Below, one piece after another: positions 47,386 through 57,700 of a stretch of DNA of 64,000 bases (the first letter of the stretch is position 1; every line of letters starts with the position of its first letter). The position numbers were made by a program, and so were the translations under genes. The stretch is from an uncultured Verrucomicrobia subdivision 3 bacterium (GTDB lineage: Bacteria; Verrucomicrobiota; Verrucomicrobiia; Limisphaerales; UBA11358). The stretch spans positions 41,992 to 105,991 of the forward strand of contig CAIPKV010000001.1 in the NCBI GenBank assembly GCA_903865745.1, given 5' to 3'. Under the pieces are notes generated by a model that worked only from the letters and a program-made list of their open reading frames with translations, searched no databases and had not been told where the DNA came from.

Positions 47386-50291
47386 TGGTTGTTCAATTTA
47401 TAAAGCCAACCGGGGTTGGACAAATTTGGGTTCAGATTGACGGCTCTGTAGTAATCCGCCCGCGCGCCATTCAAATCACCTTTGGCCTGCTTTGCCTGAC
47501 TGCGGTCAAAGTAAGCTTGGGCATAATCCGGGGTGAGTTTGATGGCTTTGTTAAAATCCGCTAGCGCGCCAGAAATATCACCATTGGCATACTTCATATT
47601 GCCTCGATTGCAGTAGGCTTCAGCATAATTTGGGTTGAGGTCGATAGCCCTGCTGTATTCGGCTATTGCGCCGTCCCAGTCGCCATCAGATCGCTTCTCA
47701 AGGCCGCGAGAATAAGCTTGTTGGGCTTCCTCAACTTGCGCCAAGCTTACACTTTCTGGAGTTGATTGTTGCTGCCCCCCGTTACGCTCTCCTTGGCTTT
47801 GTTGTGCCAACTGTGGCGGCGTTTCATTTTTAGCGCTTTTTTGTTTTCGTATCCCCTCTGTAAGACTCTGCTGCCATTTGGGGTCGACGAGCTTTGGATC
47901 CAATTCAACAGCCTTGTTGTAGTCCACCAGCGCGGCACCGAGATCACCGTTGGCTTCCTCGACTTTGCCACGATTGCAATAGGCGTTCTCATAATCAGGC
48001 TTGAGTTGGACATAGTGAGTGTAATCCACGATAGCTGCCTGCAAATATCCTTTACGAGCTTCCGCATTGCCGCGATTAAAATAGGCAGCCGCTTCATTAC
48101 TCGGTGCAACCTTAGTTTCTCCAACCTCGGCAATCTCAATGAATTTTGTATAATCCGCGATGGCACCGTCCCAGTTGTTTTTCCCAGCTTCCGCATTGCC
48201 GCGATGGTAGTAGGCCAACGAATCATTCGGGGCAATCTCAATGTCTTTATTATAGTCGGCGACGGCACCGTCCAAATCACCTTTAGTTTGCCTTACGGTG
48301 CCGCGATGGTAGTAGGCTTCTGCAAGACCAGGATTAAAATCAATCGCATTGCTGTATTCAACCATTGCGCCATCCAAGTCGCCCTTGGCCTCATTCGTAA
48401 CTCCCAGATTGTAGGCTTGCTTGGCTTGCTCAATGCGCGCGAGTCTTTCGCTTTCCTGAGCCGCCAACTGTTGCTGCTTTTCTTCTGCTAGTTTATTTTG
48501 CCTGATTTCCTCTGCAAGCTTGTCCAGCCAGTTTTGATCGGCGAGTTTTGGATCCAATTCAACAGCTTTATTGTAGTCCGACAGCGCCCCGGCCAGATCA
48601 CCTTTGCCTCGTTTCACGATGCCGCGATTGAAGTAGGCGTTCGCATAATCGGGCTTGAGTTCAACGGATCTGTTGAAGTCTGTCAGCGCATTATCCAAGT
48701 CCCCCTTGGAACACTCCGTTATGCCGCGACCGTTGAATGCTTCCGCAAAGTCCGGTTTAAGTCCGATGGCCTTGGAATAGTCTGTCATGGCGCCATCCTG
48801 GTCACCCTTGGCCTGCTTCACTTTGCCACGATGATCGTAGGCTTTTGCAAGTCCTGGATTGAGTTCGATTGCCTTGTTGTAGTCCGCAAGAGCGCCGTCC
48901 AAATCGCCCTTGGCTTCCTTCACGACGCCGCGCCAACCGTAGGCATCCGCATATTCCGGCTTGAGTTGAACGGCGATATCAAAATCAGCGATTGCACCGT
49001 CCCAGTCGCTTTTTCCAGTTTCCGCAGTGCCACGATTGAAATAGGCATCTGCTTCTTTCGGAGCAAGTTCAATGACCTTTGCAAAATCCGCGATAGCACC
49101 ATCCAGGTCTCCCTTGGCTTGCTTCTCAACACCGCTGTCATAGTGGGCTTGCCGCTGCCGCTCATGTTCGGCGAGTTCTTGTTGTCTTTCTGCCTCCGCT
49201 TTTGCGAGTTCCCATTGCCTTTCTTCCTCAGCAAGCTTCTGCTGCCGCGCATCTTCAGCCTGTTGTATTTGCGCCACCGCCTGTTGCGCGATTTCAGCTT
49301 TTTTCCCATCGGGGAATGAAGCCAGATATTTTTGGTAGCTATCTTTGATACGCGACTGGTTATCGCCGGCAAGCTTGATGTCCTGCTGTGCCTGCGCCCA
49401 TGCACTGTTGGCTTTCCAATTATGCACAGCGGGAATTCCAATCCTCAATAAAATGACGATCACCACTACCGACACTGCTACAATCATTGCGTTTTTATTA
49501 AATTTGGCCTGCGCCGCGCTGGCAACACCTTCGGTGGCGCGCGAAAAGTCAGCGCAGATTTGCAGGGCTTTGTTAAATACTTTGATTGCCTCGGCTGGCT
49601 TTTTTGCCGCAAGCAACTGACCACCCTGCTCGGCAAGGGCTCCGGCCTCCTGGATTGCCGAATCCGCCTGTTGACGTATCGGCCGCACGAATGTTTCGTC
49701 AGCCCCCATCTGAACCAATTCGTCAATACATTCCAATACAGCGACAAACTTCCGTTCCTGCACCAGGCCGGGAATTAATTGTTCAGTGAGTTCCGCCAAC
49801 CGGTCTTGGCCTGCCTGTGCCTGCTTGCGGAGATTGAACAACTCCGTTAACAAAGTCTCAATACTGTATGCGCCGCTTGAAGTCTCGGTTGTTGCCTCGT
49901 TTTTATGAAATTCAGGTTCCGAGCCGAACTCCGCCAGCGTTTTGTCCAACTCCTGGATAGCCTGCTTGTAATTTCCGGCCTGGATCAAATGAGTGACCGA
50001 ATCTTTCAGATCCAGCAATCGCCGCTCAAGACCCTCGAATATTGCCGGCGTTAACCCGGCTGGCTGCCAGGCCGACATGCCCTCAGCCCATATAAGATCG
50101 GAATGTTTTAATTGCTGCCGATCGGCCAATGATTTTAATTCGTCGAGCGTTACCGGCCCTTCCCATTTATCCTTCGCCGATTGGGTGTAATAGAATTTTG
50201 AGTTCATTGCAAATTTGATGCGGTTTATTACATCACTGGCTTGACTATTGGCGCTGTTTGGACGCCTGCCACTGTTTGACAAACTCTTCAT
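47382..50291 (-). CDS. GYF_2 domain, TM helix and a multi-TPR (about 18 repeats in 3 blocks) protein
   Basis: FYYTQSAKDKWEGPVTLDELKSLADRQQLKHSDLIWAEGMSAWQPAG; TM helix AMIVAVSVVVIVILL; many GDLDGAIADYNKAIELNP..AYxNRG repeats. The likely true start is the ATG at 50207 (MNSKFYY), which removes the overlap with the upstream gene. Confidence 0.8.
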   Translation of the reverse strand: MKSLSNSGRRPNSANSQASDVINRIKFAMNSKFYYTQSAKDKWEGPVTLDELKSLADRQQLKHSDLIWAEGMSAWQPAGLTPAIFEGLERRLLDLKDSVTHLIQAGNYKQAIQELDKTLAEFGSEPEFHKNEATTETSSGAYSIETLLTELFNLRKQAQAGQDRLAELTEQLIPGLVQERKFVAVLECIDELVQMGADETFVRPIRQQADSAIQEAGALAEQGGQLLAAKKPAEAIKVFNKALQICADFSRATEGVASAAQAKFNKNAMIVAVSVVVIVILLRIGIPAVHNWKANSAWAQAQQDIKLAGDNQSRIKDSYQKYLASFPDGKKAEIAQQAVAQIQQAEDARQQKLAEEERQWELAKAEAERQQELAEHERQRQAHYDSGVEKQAKGDLDGAIADFAKVIELAPKEADAYFNRGTAETGKSDWDGAIADFDIAVQLKPEYADAYGWRGVVKEAKGDLDGALADYNKAIELNPGLAKAYDHRGKVKQAKGDQDGAMTDYSKAIGLKPDFAEAFNGRGITECSKGDLDNALTDFNRSVELKPDYANAYFNRGIVKRGKGDLAGALSDYNKAVELDPKLADQNWLDKLAEEIRQNKLAEEKQQQLAAQESERLARIEQAKQAYNLGVTNEAKGDLDGAMVEYSNAIDFNPGLAEAYYHRGTVRQTKGDLDGAVADYNKDIEIAPNDSLAYYHRGNAEAGKNNWDGAIADYTKFIEIAEVGETKVAPSNEAAAYFNRGNAEARKGYLQAAIVDYTHYVQLKPDYENAYCNRGKVEEANGDLGAALVDYNKAVELDPKLVDPKWQQSLTEGIRKQKSAKNETPPQLAQQSQGERNGGQQQSTPESVSLAQVEEAQQAYSRGLEKRSDGDWDGAIAEYSRAIDLNPNYAEAYCNRGNMKYANGDISGALADFNKAIKLTPDYAQAYFDRSQAKQAKGDLNGARADYYRAVNLNPNLSNPGWLYKLNNQ

Positions 50292-50871
50292 GGGTCAGGG
50301 GGCCCAATTCTCGATAGGCTTCCTGAATAAAATCCTGTAGTGTCTCACGATTATTTGGGTAAGTGTCTTTTAGGATACGATAGCTTGAGGCCAAGCTCGC
50401 TTCATATTCACATTTGGCCTGCTGATAATCCTGCTCCTCCTGGCTAACGGGTGGAGGCTGAATTGTTGATCCTGAATATTTCTGATTCGAGGAGTTTACC
50501 ATCCATGAAGATTGTGTGTCTTGCTCCGCTTTTTGTTTCTGATGGATGACAAGCATTATCAGGATGGCCACCACTAAAACAATGATGCCAACGCCTATAT
50601 GAAATGGCTTCGGCTCCGAATGTGATCCGCCGGTCTTGGCTTCGGGTGGCGGCGGTATCAGGGACGATTTTTGTTCAATGTGCCTCAAATCCGGTGGGAG
50701 ACTTTTGAAAATCTCCACCGTTGATCCGGCCTGTTGCCAGGCCGCCATCCCTTCTGTCCAGACAAGGTCAGAACGCTTTAGTTCCTGCCGCTGTGCTAAC
50801 GAACTCAATTCTTCGAGTGTTACCGGCTCCTGCCGCACGCCCTTGACTGTGTAGAAGTATTTCGCACTCAT
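50245..50871 (-). CDS. GYF_2 domain, Pro-rich linker and TM protein
   Basis: MSAKYFYTVKGVRQEPVTLEELSSLAQRQELKRSDLVWTEGMAAWQQAG; IPPPPEA; TM helix IGVGIIVLVVAILIMLVI. Confidence 0.75.
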   Translation of the reverse strand: MSAKYFYTVKGVRQEPVTLEELSSLAQRQELKRSDLVWTEGMAAWQQAGSTVEIFKSLPPDLRHIEQKSSLIPPPPEAKTGGSHSEPKPFHIGVGIIVLVVAILIMLVIHQKQKAEQDTQSSWMVNSSNQKYSGSTIQPPPVSQEEQDYQQAKCEYEASLASSYRILKDTYPNNRETLQDFIQEAYRELGPLTHEEFVKQWQASKQRQ

Positions 50872-50918
50872 AAAATCTTTTACATGCCGCCACCCTCGCC
50901 ACCGTAATAATTAGGTGA

Positions 50919-51560
50919 TCAAGGTTTGCCGGTCTTGGGATTGGAGCCGAAGCGATTGATGCCCGGCTTGCCATCTTCAGACCAACACATGAGGTTTCCA
51001 ACCGGCAGGAGTATCCACCAACCGCTCCGGTCGGTGTCGTGCATTCTGCGAATGCCAACTGCAATGAAGGGAATCATGACGAAAAGACTATACAGATCAT
51101 ATAGGACGTCGGAACCACCTCCGATTAAGCCATCAATTATCGCCAGTCCAAACGAGATGGCGATGTTTACAAAAAAGAACGACCAAAATTCTCTCCTGGT
51201 AGCGCGCCCATCAAAAACCGCGTATTTTTTTAAGACTTGGAGATACCAGGAAAAATGCGAATTGCTTTGCGATTCTGCCGCCGTTATCGCTGGCGGTAAC
51301 GGTGGCGGCGTTGCTGACGGTAGAGGCGGTGGCGTTGCTGCTGCGGACAGAGTGCTCGTCATCATGCCAGGCTCCAAATCCGGTGGCAGGCCTTGAAAGA
51401 TTTCCGCCGTTGATCCGGCAGATTGCCATGCCGTCATCCCTTCCGTCCAGACAAGATCAGACCGTTTTAGCTCCTCGCGGGCAGCCAATGATTTTAACTC
51501 GTCGAGCGTTGTTGGCTCCTGCCGTGCGCCCTTGACCGTGTAGAAGTATTCCGCGCTCAT
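50919..51560 (-). CDS. GYF_2 domain, Pro-rich linker and DUF805 membrane domain protein
   Basis: MSAEYFYTVKGARQEPTTLDELKSLAAREELKRSDLVWTEGMTAWQSAG; PPPLPSATPPPLPP; DUF805 region GRATRREFWSFFF...GIRRMHDTDRSGWW. Confidence 0.8.
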   Translation of the reverse strand: MSAEYFYTVKGARQEPTTLDELKSLAAREELKRSDLVWTEGMTAWQSAGSTAEIFQGLPPDLEPGMMTSTLSAAATPPPLPSATPPPLPPAITAAESQSNSHFSWYLQVLKKYAVFDGRATRREFWSFFFVNIAISFGLAIIDGLIGGGSDVLYDLYSLFVMIPFIAVGIRRMHDTDRSGWWILLPVGNLMCWSEDGKPGINRFGSNPKTGKP

Positions 51561-51620
51561 GCGGAAGAATACGCCCCATCATGCCGTGGTCGTCAAGGTG
51601 AATCTGCGCCTCAATAGGGC

Positions 51621-51848
51621 GTGTCCTTAAATTCCAAACAAGCAGCGCAAATCAAATCCTTCGGGGTGAACCTCCGACGCGAGCGGATGCGCAAGAAGAT
51701 CACTCAGGAAAAATTGGCCGAGCTGGTAGACCTGAACATTCGCACCGTCCAGAAGATCGAGGCCGGCAACGTGAACATCCTGCTGACGACGGTGCTGCGA
51801 TTGCGCAAGGCGCTCGGTTGCTCCTGGGATGTTTTGCTGGGGAAATAG
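51621..51848 (+). CDS. XRE-family HTH regulator
   Basis: LRRERMRKKITQEKLAELVDLNIRTVQKIEAGNVNILLTTVLRLRKAL. GTG start. Confidence 0.75.
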   Translation: MSLNSKQAAQIKSFGVNLRRERMRKKITQEKLAELVDLNIRTVQKIEAGNVNILLTTVLRLRKALGCSWDVLLGK

Positions 51849-51974
51849 CCGACGGGTTTAAGCTGCCCGGTTGCCCGTCACCCGTCACTCGCCCCTTGCC
51901 CCGCCCAACGCTCCCGGGCGAGCGGATTTTCCGTCATCGCCGGTGACAAGGCCGGGGTTCTCGCTTAGTTTCCG

Positions 51975-53495
51975 TTGCCCATGAAACTGTATCGCCTCCG
52001 CCTCGCGCCGCTCTGCGCGCTGCTGGGATTGTTCCCGGCGGCCGCCGCGCCCGCGCCGGACGTGCCCCTCGTGCAGCGGCAGTGGTTCGAGACGCGCACG
52101 GCGCATTTCAACGTGTTCAGTTGCGGCGAACCGCAGCAAGTCTTCAAGGTGGCGGCGCAGTTCGAGCAGTTCTGCGAGGCGTATTCGCAACTGGCCGGCA
52201 CGGCGGCGGTGGCGTCGCCGCCCATCGTGGTCATGGCCTTTCCCGACCATGAGAGCCTAAAGCCGTTTCTCCCGCTGTATCACGGGCAGCCGGAGAACCT
52301 GGCCGGCTTCTTCAACCACGGCACCGACGAAAATCTCATCGTGCTCGCCCTGCCGGGCCGGGGCGGCGAGGCGCTGCAGCTCAACGTCATCTTCCACGAA
52401 TACACGCACCTGCTACTGCGCCGCAACGACCGCATCTGGCCGCTCTGGCTGAAGGAGGGCATGGCGGAGATCTATTCCACGTTCCAGACCACGGGCTATT
52501 ATGCCGACATCGCGCTGCCCATCGAACATCATCTGGAACTGCTGCGCAGCCAGCCGCTGATGCCGCTCAAGGAGCTGTTCGCCGTCGGCCACGATTCGCC
52601 GGCATACAACGAGCGCACGCTGCAAGGGATGTTTTACGCGGAATCGTGGCTGCTCACGCATTATCTCATGGCAGGCGACAACCCGGTGCTGAAGGAGCGG
52701 TTCAAGCAGTTCACGCCGCGACTGCATGCGGGGGAGGTGCCGCTCCAGGCGTTCACGAACGCCTTGCAGGTGCCACTGCCCGCGCTGGAAAAGGAGTTAC
52801 GCCGCTATCTCGACCGCGGCCAGTTCAACGGGATCTCGTTTGCGCTGCCGGACAATGTGGCCACACCAAAAGGTTTTGCGACGCGTTGGCTGACGCCGGT
52901 GGAAAACTATTTCCGGCTGGGCGACGAGCTTTTGCGCATCGGGCGGGTGGACGACGCCAAACGAATGTTCGCCAACGCGCAGGCGCTCGCGCCGGCCAGC
53001 CCGCTACCCTACGAGGGCCTCGGCCTGATTGCCGCCCAGCGCGAACAGACGGACGAGGCGCTCCGGCAGTTACAGGTGGCCATCCAACGCGGCTCGGGGA
53101 GCTTCCTCGCGTATTTCCTGCACGCGTGGCAACTGTATCATCAAGCCGCCAACCACCCAGACGATCCGTCGCGGCTGCCGAAGGCCGTGGCCGACGAGAT
53201 TCACGCGGACCTGATGCATTCGCTCACGCTCATGCCGGACTTCGGCCCGGCGCATGAATTGTTTGGCATCGTGGAGCTGTCAAGCGGTGGCCAGGTGGCC
53301 TTGGCGGAACAGCATCTGCAACTGGCCGCGCAACTGGAGCCGGAGAATCCGTTTTACCAGCTCGCGCTCGCCGACGTGGAGGTGGAGAACCATGAGACGG
53401 ACGCTGCCCGCCGCACGCTGGACGCGCTCATTTTGCCCAATGTGGAAGCCAAAGTTCGTGAACAGGCCGGCGAACTGCTGAAGAAGCTGCCGTGA
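51975..53495 (+). CDS. Secreted HExxH (MA-clan, DUF1570-like) putative metallopeptidase with C-terminal TPRs
   Basis: Signal peptide LCALLGLFPAAAAPAP; NVIFHEYTHLLL...WLKEGMAEIYS; TPR-like C-terminal half. Confidence 0.7.
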   Translation: MPMKLYRLRLAPLCALLGLFPAAAAPAPDVPLVQRQWFETRTAHFNVFSCGEPQQVFKVAAQFEQFCEAYSQLAGTAAVASPPIVVMAFPDHESLKPFLPLYHGQPENLAGFFNHGTDENLIVLALPGRGGEALQLNVIFHEYTHLLLRRNDRIWPLWLKEGMAEIYSTFQTTGYYADIALPIEHHLELLRSQPLMPLKELFAVGHDSPAYNERTLQGMFYAESWLLTHYLMAGDNPVLKERFKQFTPRLHAGEVPLQAFTNALQVPLPALEKELRRYLDRGQFNGISFALPDNVATPKGFATRWLTPVENYFRLGDELLRIGRVDDAKRMFANAQALAPASPLPYEGLGLIAAQREQTDEALRQLQVAIQRGSGSFLAYFLHAWQLYHQAANHPDDPSRLPKAVADEIHADLMHSLTLMPDFGPAHELFGIVELSSGGQVALAEQHLQLAAQLEPENPFYQLALADVEVENHETDAARRTLDALILPNVEAKVREQAGELLKKLP

Positions 53496-53760
53496 ACGGC
53501 CGCGCTCAGTATGATGGGCTTAAACGAGGCCACGCTCAATTGAAGTACAGAGATGTCCAGCCGCCAATCGGCGCTGCTGTCACTGCAGCCGCATCAACAC
53601 GCTCAACCCCTGCGACCACAGGCAGTCGGCGCGAAACTGCCACGCCAGCGCACACAGACGCCGGACCAGTTTGCCGGTGGCATACCGTTCATCAACCGGC
53701 TGGCTTGGAAATGTTCCAGACATTTTCAGAACGTTCAGCATGCCTGAAGCACGGGAAATT

Positions 53761-54153
53761 TCAATTCGTCCCGTCCAATCGCTTCACCTTAGATTCGGCA
53801 AGCAAATCGGCAATGGTAGCCAGTAACAGCGGTAAATTCAGCGGCTTTTCCATCAGGGCGGAAATGCCGCATTCCGAAGCGCGTCTGGATTGCTGCGACA
53901 TCGCAGTGATGACAACAACTGGCACCAGCGGGTGCGTCTGGTGCATCAAGCCGAACACGTCCCAGCCATCCCTGTCCGGCATGTTCAGATCCAGCAAAAC
54001 CAGATCCGGCAAATCCGCAAAGAATTTCGCAGCCGCATCGCGTCCCGTCTTGGCGAGTGTCACGGCGTAATGCTCCGATTTCAAAACCCGTCCCAACATC
54101 TCCCGCACATCCGCATCATCGTCGGCCAATAAGATTTTTTTGGGCATAACCAA
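53761..54153 (-). CDS. Stand-alone response-regulator receiver protein (CheY-like)
   Basis: KKILLADDDADVREML...LVLLDLNMPDRDGWDV...PVVVITA...KP. Confidence 0.85.
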   Translation of the reverse strand: MVMPKKILLADDDADVREMLGRVLKSEHYAVTLAKTGRDAAAKFFADLPDLVLLDLNMPDRDGWDVFGLMHQTHPLVPVVVITAMSQQSRRASECGISALMEKPLNLPLLLATIADLLAESKVKRLDGTN

Positions 54154-54763
54154 AATGACACATGGTTGTGTTCTGTCTCTTTAGCGAAAACCATGCCAAT
54201 GTCGTTTTGGCCTGATCTGACAGCAATTGCTGCGACTTTTCAACTTCCCGTGGGGGGCACTTATTTTGGCTGCAAAGCAAATATGCTGGCCGGCAAATAT
54301 TCTTCGCAGGTTGCAATTGTTAACGACAGGATTGTTCGAAATCATGCCCAGGCTTGGCACTCCTCTGCCTGATCATGAATGCCTTGTGATCGAAGGTTTG
54401 GGACAAGGCCCTGAAGAAAGCCGGTTTCACCGAAATGTTCTGGGTGGAGCTTTCACTGACCACACACGCCTTGGTCGGTATCAAAATGATGAGCAAGTGC
54501 ATCTGATGATAGCGGGTTTGGCCACCAGCAATACCAATCACCGAGGTTGGTGGTCGTCAAATTTGCCGATTGAACGGGCAAGAATTTCAAAAGGTCGGCG
54601 AACTGGGGGGAGGCGTGGTTCAACTGCTGGTAGAATCGCGAAAGATTGATAAGCCAAAATCAATAAACATATAGGGTGTTTCACCGGGCGCTGAAAATAG
54701 CTGATGGGGGAGCCACAGCTTCCGTAAGCAGTCTGCTAACGGCGGGACGGCGCCAAGCGTGGC

Positions 54764-57700
54764 TTATTGTGCGGCGTTGGACGATTTGCCGGTGGTCCCC
54801 CCATGCGAGGCATCCCAGCCGCCACCAAGCGCGTTAATCAATTGCACATTCGCCGTCATCTGTTCCATTTGCAGATTCAACGCAGTGCGCTGATTGCTCA
54901 ACAATGTTGTCTGCGCAACGATTACGTTTAGGTAACTGTCCACGCCCAGCCTATAACGGGTGTTGGCCAAGTCGAGATACCGTTGCGACGAGGCGACGGC
55001 GGCGTTTTGCTGCTGAAGTTCCTGCGACAAAATTCGCAGCGAGGCAAGATCATCCTCAACCTCTTGAAACGCTGTGAGCACAGTTTCGCGATAGGTCGCC
55101 ACCGTGCCGCGATAACTTGCCCAGGCCTGCTCGGTGACAGCCTGGCGTTTGCCAGCGTCGAAAATGGTCTCCGCGAGTGCCCCACCAAGCGACCAGGCAA
55201 ACGCTGGCCCGCTGAAAAGACTGGCCGTGTTTTGACTTTGGTAGCCAACCGCGCCGCTCAATGTGATGTTTGGAAAATAGGCCGCGCGGGCCTCACCGAT
55301 CTGCGCATTTGCCTGCGCCACACCCCGCTCGGCGGCGGCAATGTCGGGACGGCGTTCGAGCAACTGTGACGGAAGACCAAATGGAATTGCCACCGGCCTT
55401 GCGGTGAGCGGACATGTTGCAATGGAAAATGATGAGGCCGGCTGGCCGGTGAGCAGCGCAATGGCGTGTTCCATCTGTGCGCGCTGGATGCCAATATCAG
55501 TGTCTTGCGCTTCGATTGTTGTGAGCTCGGTTTCGGCTTGGGCGACATCCTGGTCGGAATCAATGCCGGTTTTGTGCAGCACCTGCGTCAAATTGAGCGA
55601 TTTGCGATAGGCGACAACGGTGGAATCCAAAAGTGCCTTCTGTGAATCCAGCGAATGAAGCGTGAAATAATCTTCCGCCAGTTCGGATTGAACTGTCAGC
55701 CTGGTGTTTTCCAAGTCAGCCAGCGAAGCCTGTTCGGCGAATTTGCTGGCCTTATAGGCGTTGCGGATGCTGCCCCAGAAATCCGGTTCCCATGAGGCGT
55801 CCAGCGGCAGAGTGTATTCCGTCACCGTGAGGGCTTTTGAGCCATTGCCAGCCAACGGTTGCCGTGCCCGCGTGACCGAAGGATCAGCACTGGCCGTCGG
55901 GAAAAATCCCGAACGCGCCTGTTTGACAACCGCGCGGGACGATAGAAAGTTTTCAAGGGCGACCGCCACCGTTTGATTGGAAATGTTGACCTGCTCTTCG
56001 AGCACGTTCAAATTTGTGTCGCCAAACATTTTCCACCATTGGCCGCGCAGCGCGCCGTCCTTTGGCTCGGCGGTTTTCCAGCCGTCCGTGGTTTGGGTCT
56101 GCGCCAGCGTCAATTCTTTAAAAGCTCCAGGCGTTTGAACGGACGGCTTCGCATAATGCGGCGCGAAACTGCAACCGCTGACGAACAGGGCAAAACCTGC
56201 GATTGCGACAATTGCTGCCGGTTGCAGCGCCAATTTATGTGTGTTTTTGTTTTTATGCATACGTTCCCACCGCAATCGTAGGCGGTCCAAGTAAAGATAG
56301 ACCACTGGCGTGGTGTAAAGCGTCAGCGCCTGGCTCATGATGAGGCCGCCGACGATGGTGATGCCGAGTGGCCGGCGGAGTTCCGAGCCGGTGCCGTTGC
56401 TCAAAATCAGCGGCAGCGCGCCGAACAGCGCCGACATGGTCGTCATCAAAATCGGGCGGAAGCGCAGCAGACACGCCTGAAAAATGGCGTCGCGCGAATT
56501 TTTCCCCTCCTCGCGTTCCGCCGCGAGCGCGAAGTCCACCATCATGATCGCATTTTTTTTTACGATGCCGATGAGCAGCAGAATGCCGATGACCGCCATG
56601 ATGCTCAAATCCGTCTTGAAAATCAGCAGCGCCAGCACCGCGCCCACGCCAGCCGACGGCAATGTCGAAATGATGGTAATCGGATGAATGTAACTTTCGT
56701 AAAGCATTCCCAGCACGATATAGACCGCGATGAGTGCGGCGAGAATCAGAAACGGTTCGGTTGCCAGCGATTGTTGAAAGGCTTGCAGCGTGCCCGAAAA
56801 ATTGCCATGAATCGTTTCGGGCATTTTGATTTGTTGCTCCATTTGCTGAATCGCCTTCACCGCGTCGCTCAAAGCAAATCCCGGCACGAGGTTAAACGAA
56901 AGCGTGACGGACGGAAACTGTCCTTGATGGTTTACGGCGATGGGCGCGGTCGTCGGCTCATAATGCGCGACGGCGCTGAGCGGAACCATCGCGCTGCTGT
57001 TGGTCGCGTGCAGATAAATTCCGTCAAGCCCCTGCGGGCCTTGCAAAAATTGCGGGGCGGCTTCCATGACCACGTGATACTGGTTCAACGAGGAATACAT
57101 CGTTGAAACCTGCGCCTGGCCGAACGCTTGATAAAGCGTCTGGTCAATGGTCTGCGGTGAAATGCCCAGCCGCGCGGCCGTCGCGCGGTCATAAACCAGC
57201 GACGCCTGCAGGCCGTTGTTTTGCTGGTCGGTGTTGACCTCGGTGAAACCGTGCAATTTCTTCATCTGCTCCAGCAGGATCGGTCCCCATTTTACGAGAT
57301 CATCCAAATTCTCACTTTGAATCGTGTATTGATATTGCGCGCTGCTCTGCCGCCCGCCGATGCGCAAATCCTGTCCAGCCTGCAAAAACAGCGCCGCGCC
57401 CGGCACGGTGCCGAGTTTCGGCCGCAACCGGGCGATGACCTGATCCGCGCCAACTTTGCGTTCGTCGAGCGGCTTGAGCGCCATGAAAATAAATCCGCTG
57501 TTGGCCGCGCCACCGCCGCCGGTGAAGGCGACGACATTTTGAACCGCCGGGTCATTGGTGATGGCTCGGACAAACCGCACCGCCGCCGATTGCATCGCCG
57601 GAAACGACGCGTCCTGCGAGCCTTGGATGCCGCCCATGATCGTGCCGTTGTCCTGCTGCGGGAAAAATCCTTTTGGCACGATGACGAACAGGTAAATGTT

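Noticed and set aside
47400-49320. Possible CRISPR-like repeat periodicity
   Set aside because: The repeats are ~102-bp TPR coding units within one long ORF. There is no repeat-spacer structure and there are no cas genes. The 21-bp array at 20.5 kb has no spacers either.
51885-52250. 121-aa Arg-rich minus-strand ORF
   Set aside because: It overlaps the start of the secreted HExxH/TPR gene in antisense. Its composition is extremely Arg/Glu/His-rich.
53492-54070. 192-aa plus-strand ORF
   Set aside because: Its 3' half is antisense to the receiver-domain gene. Its composition is Ser/Ala/Thr/Arg-biased and it has no motifs.
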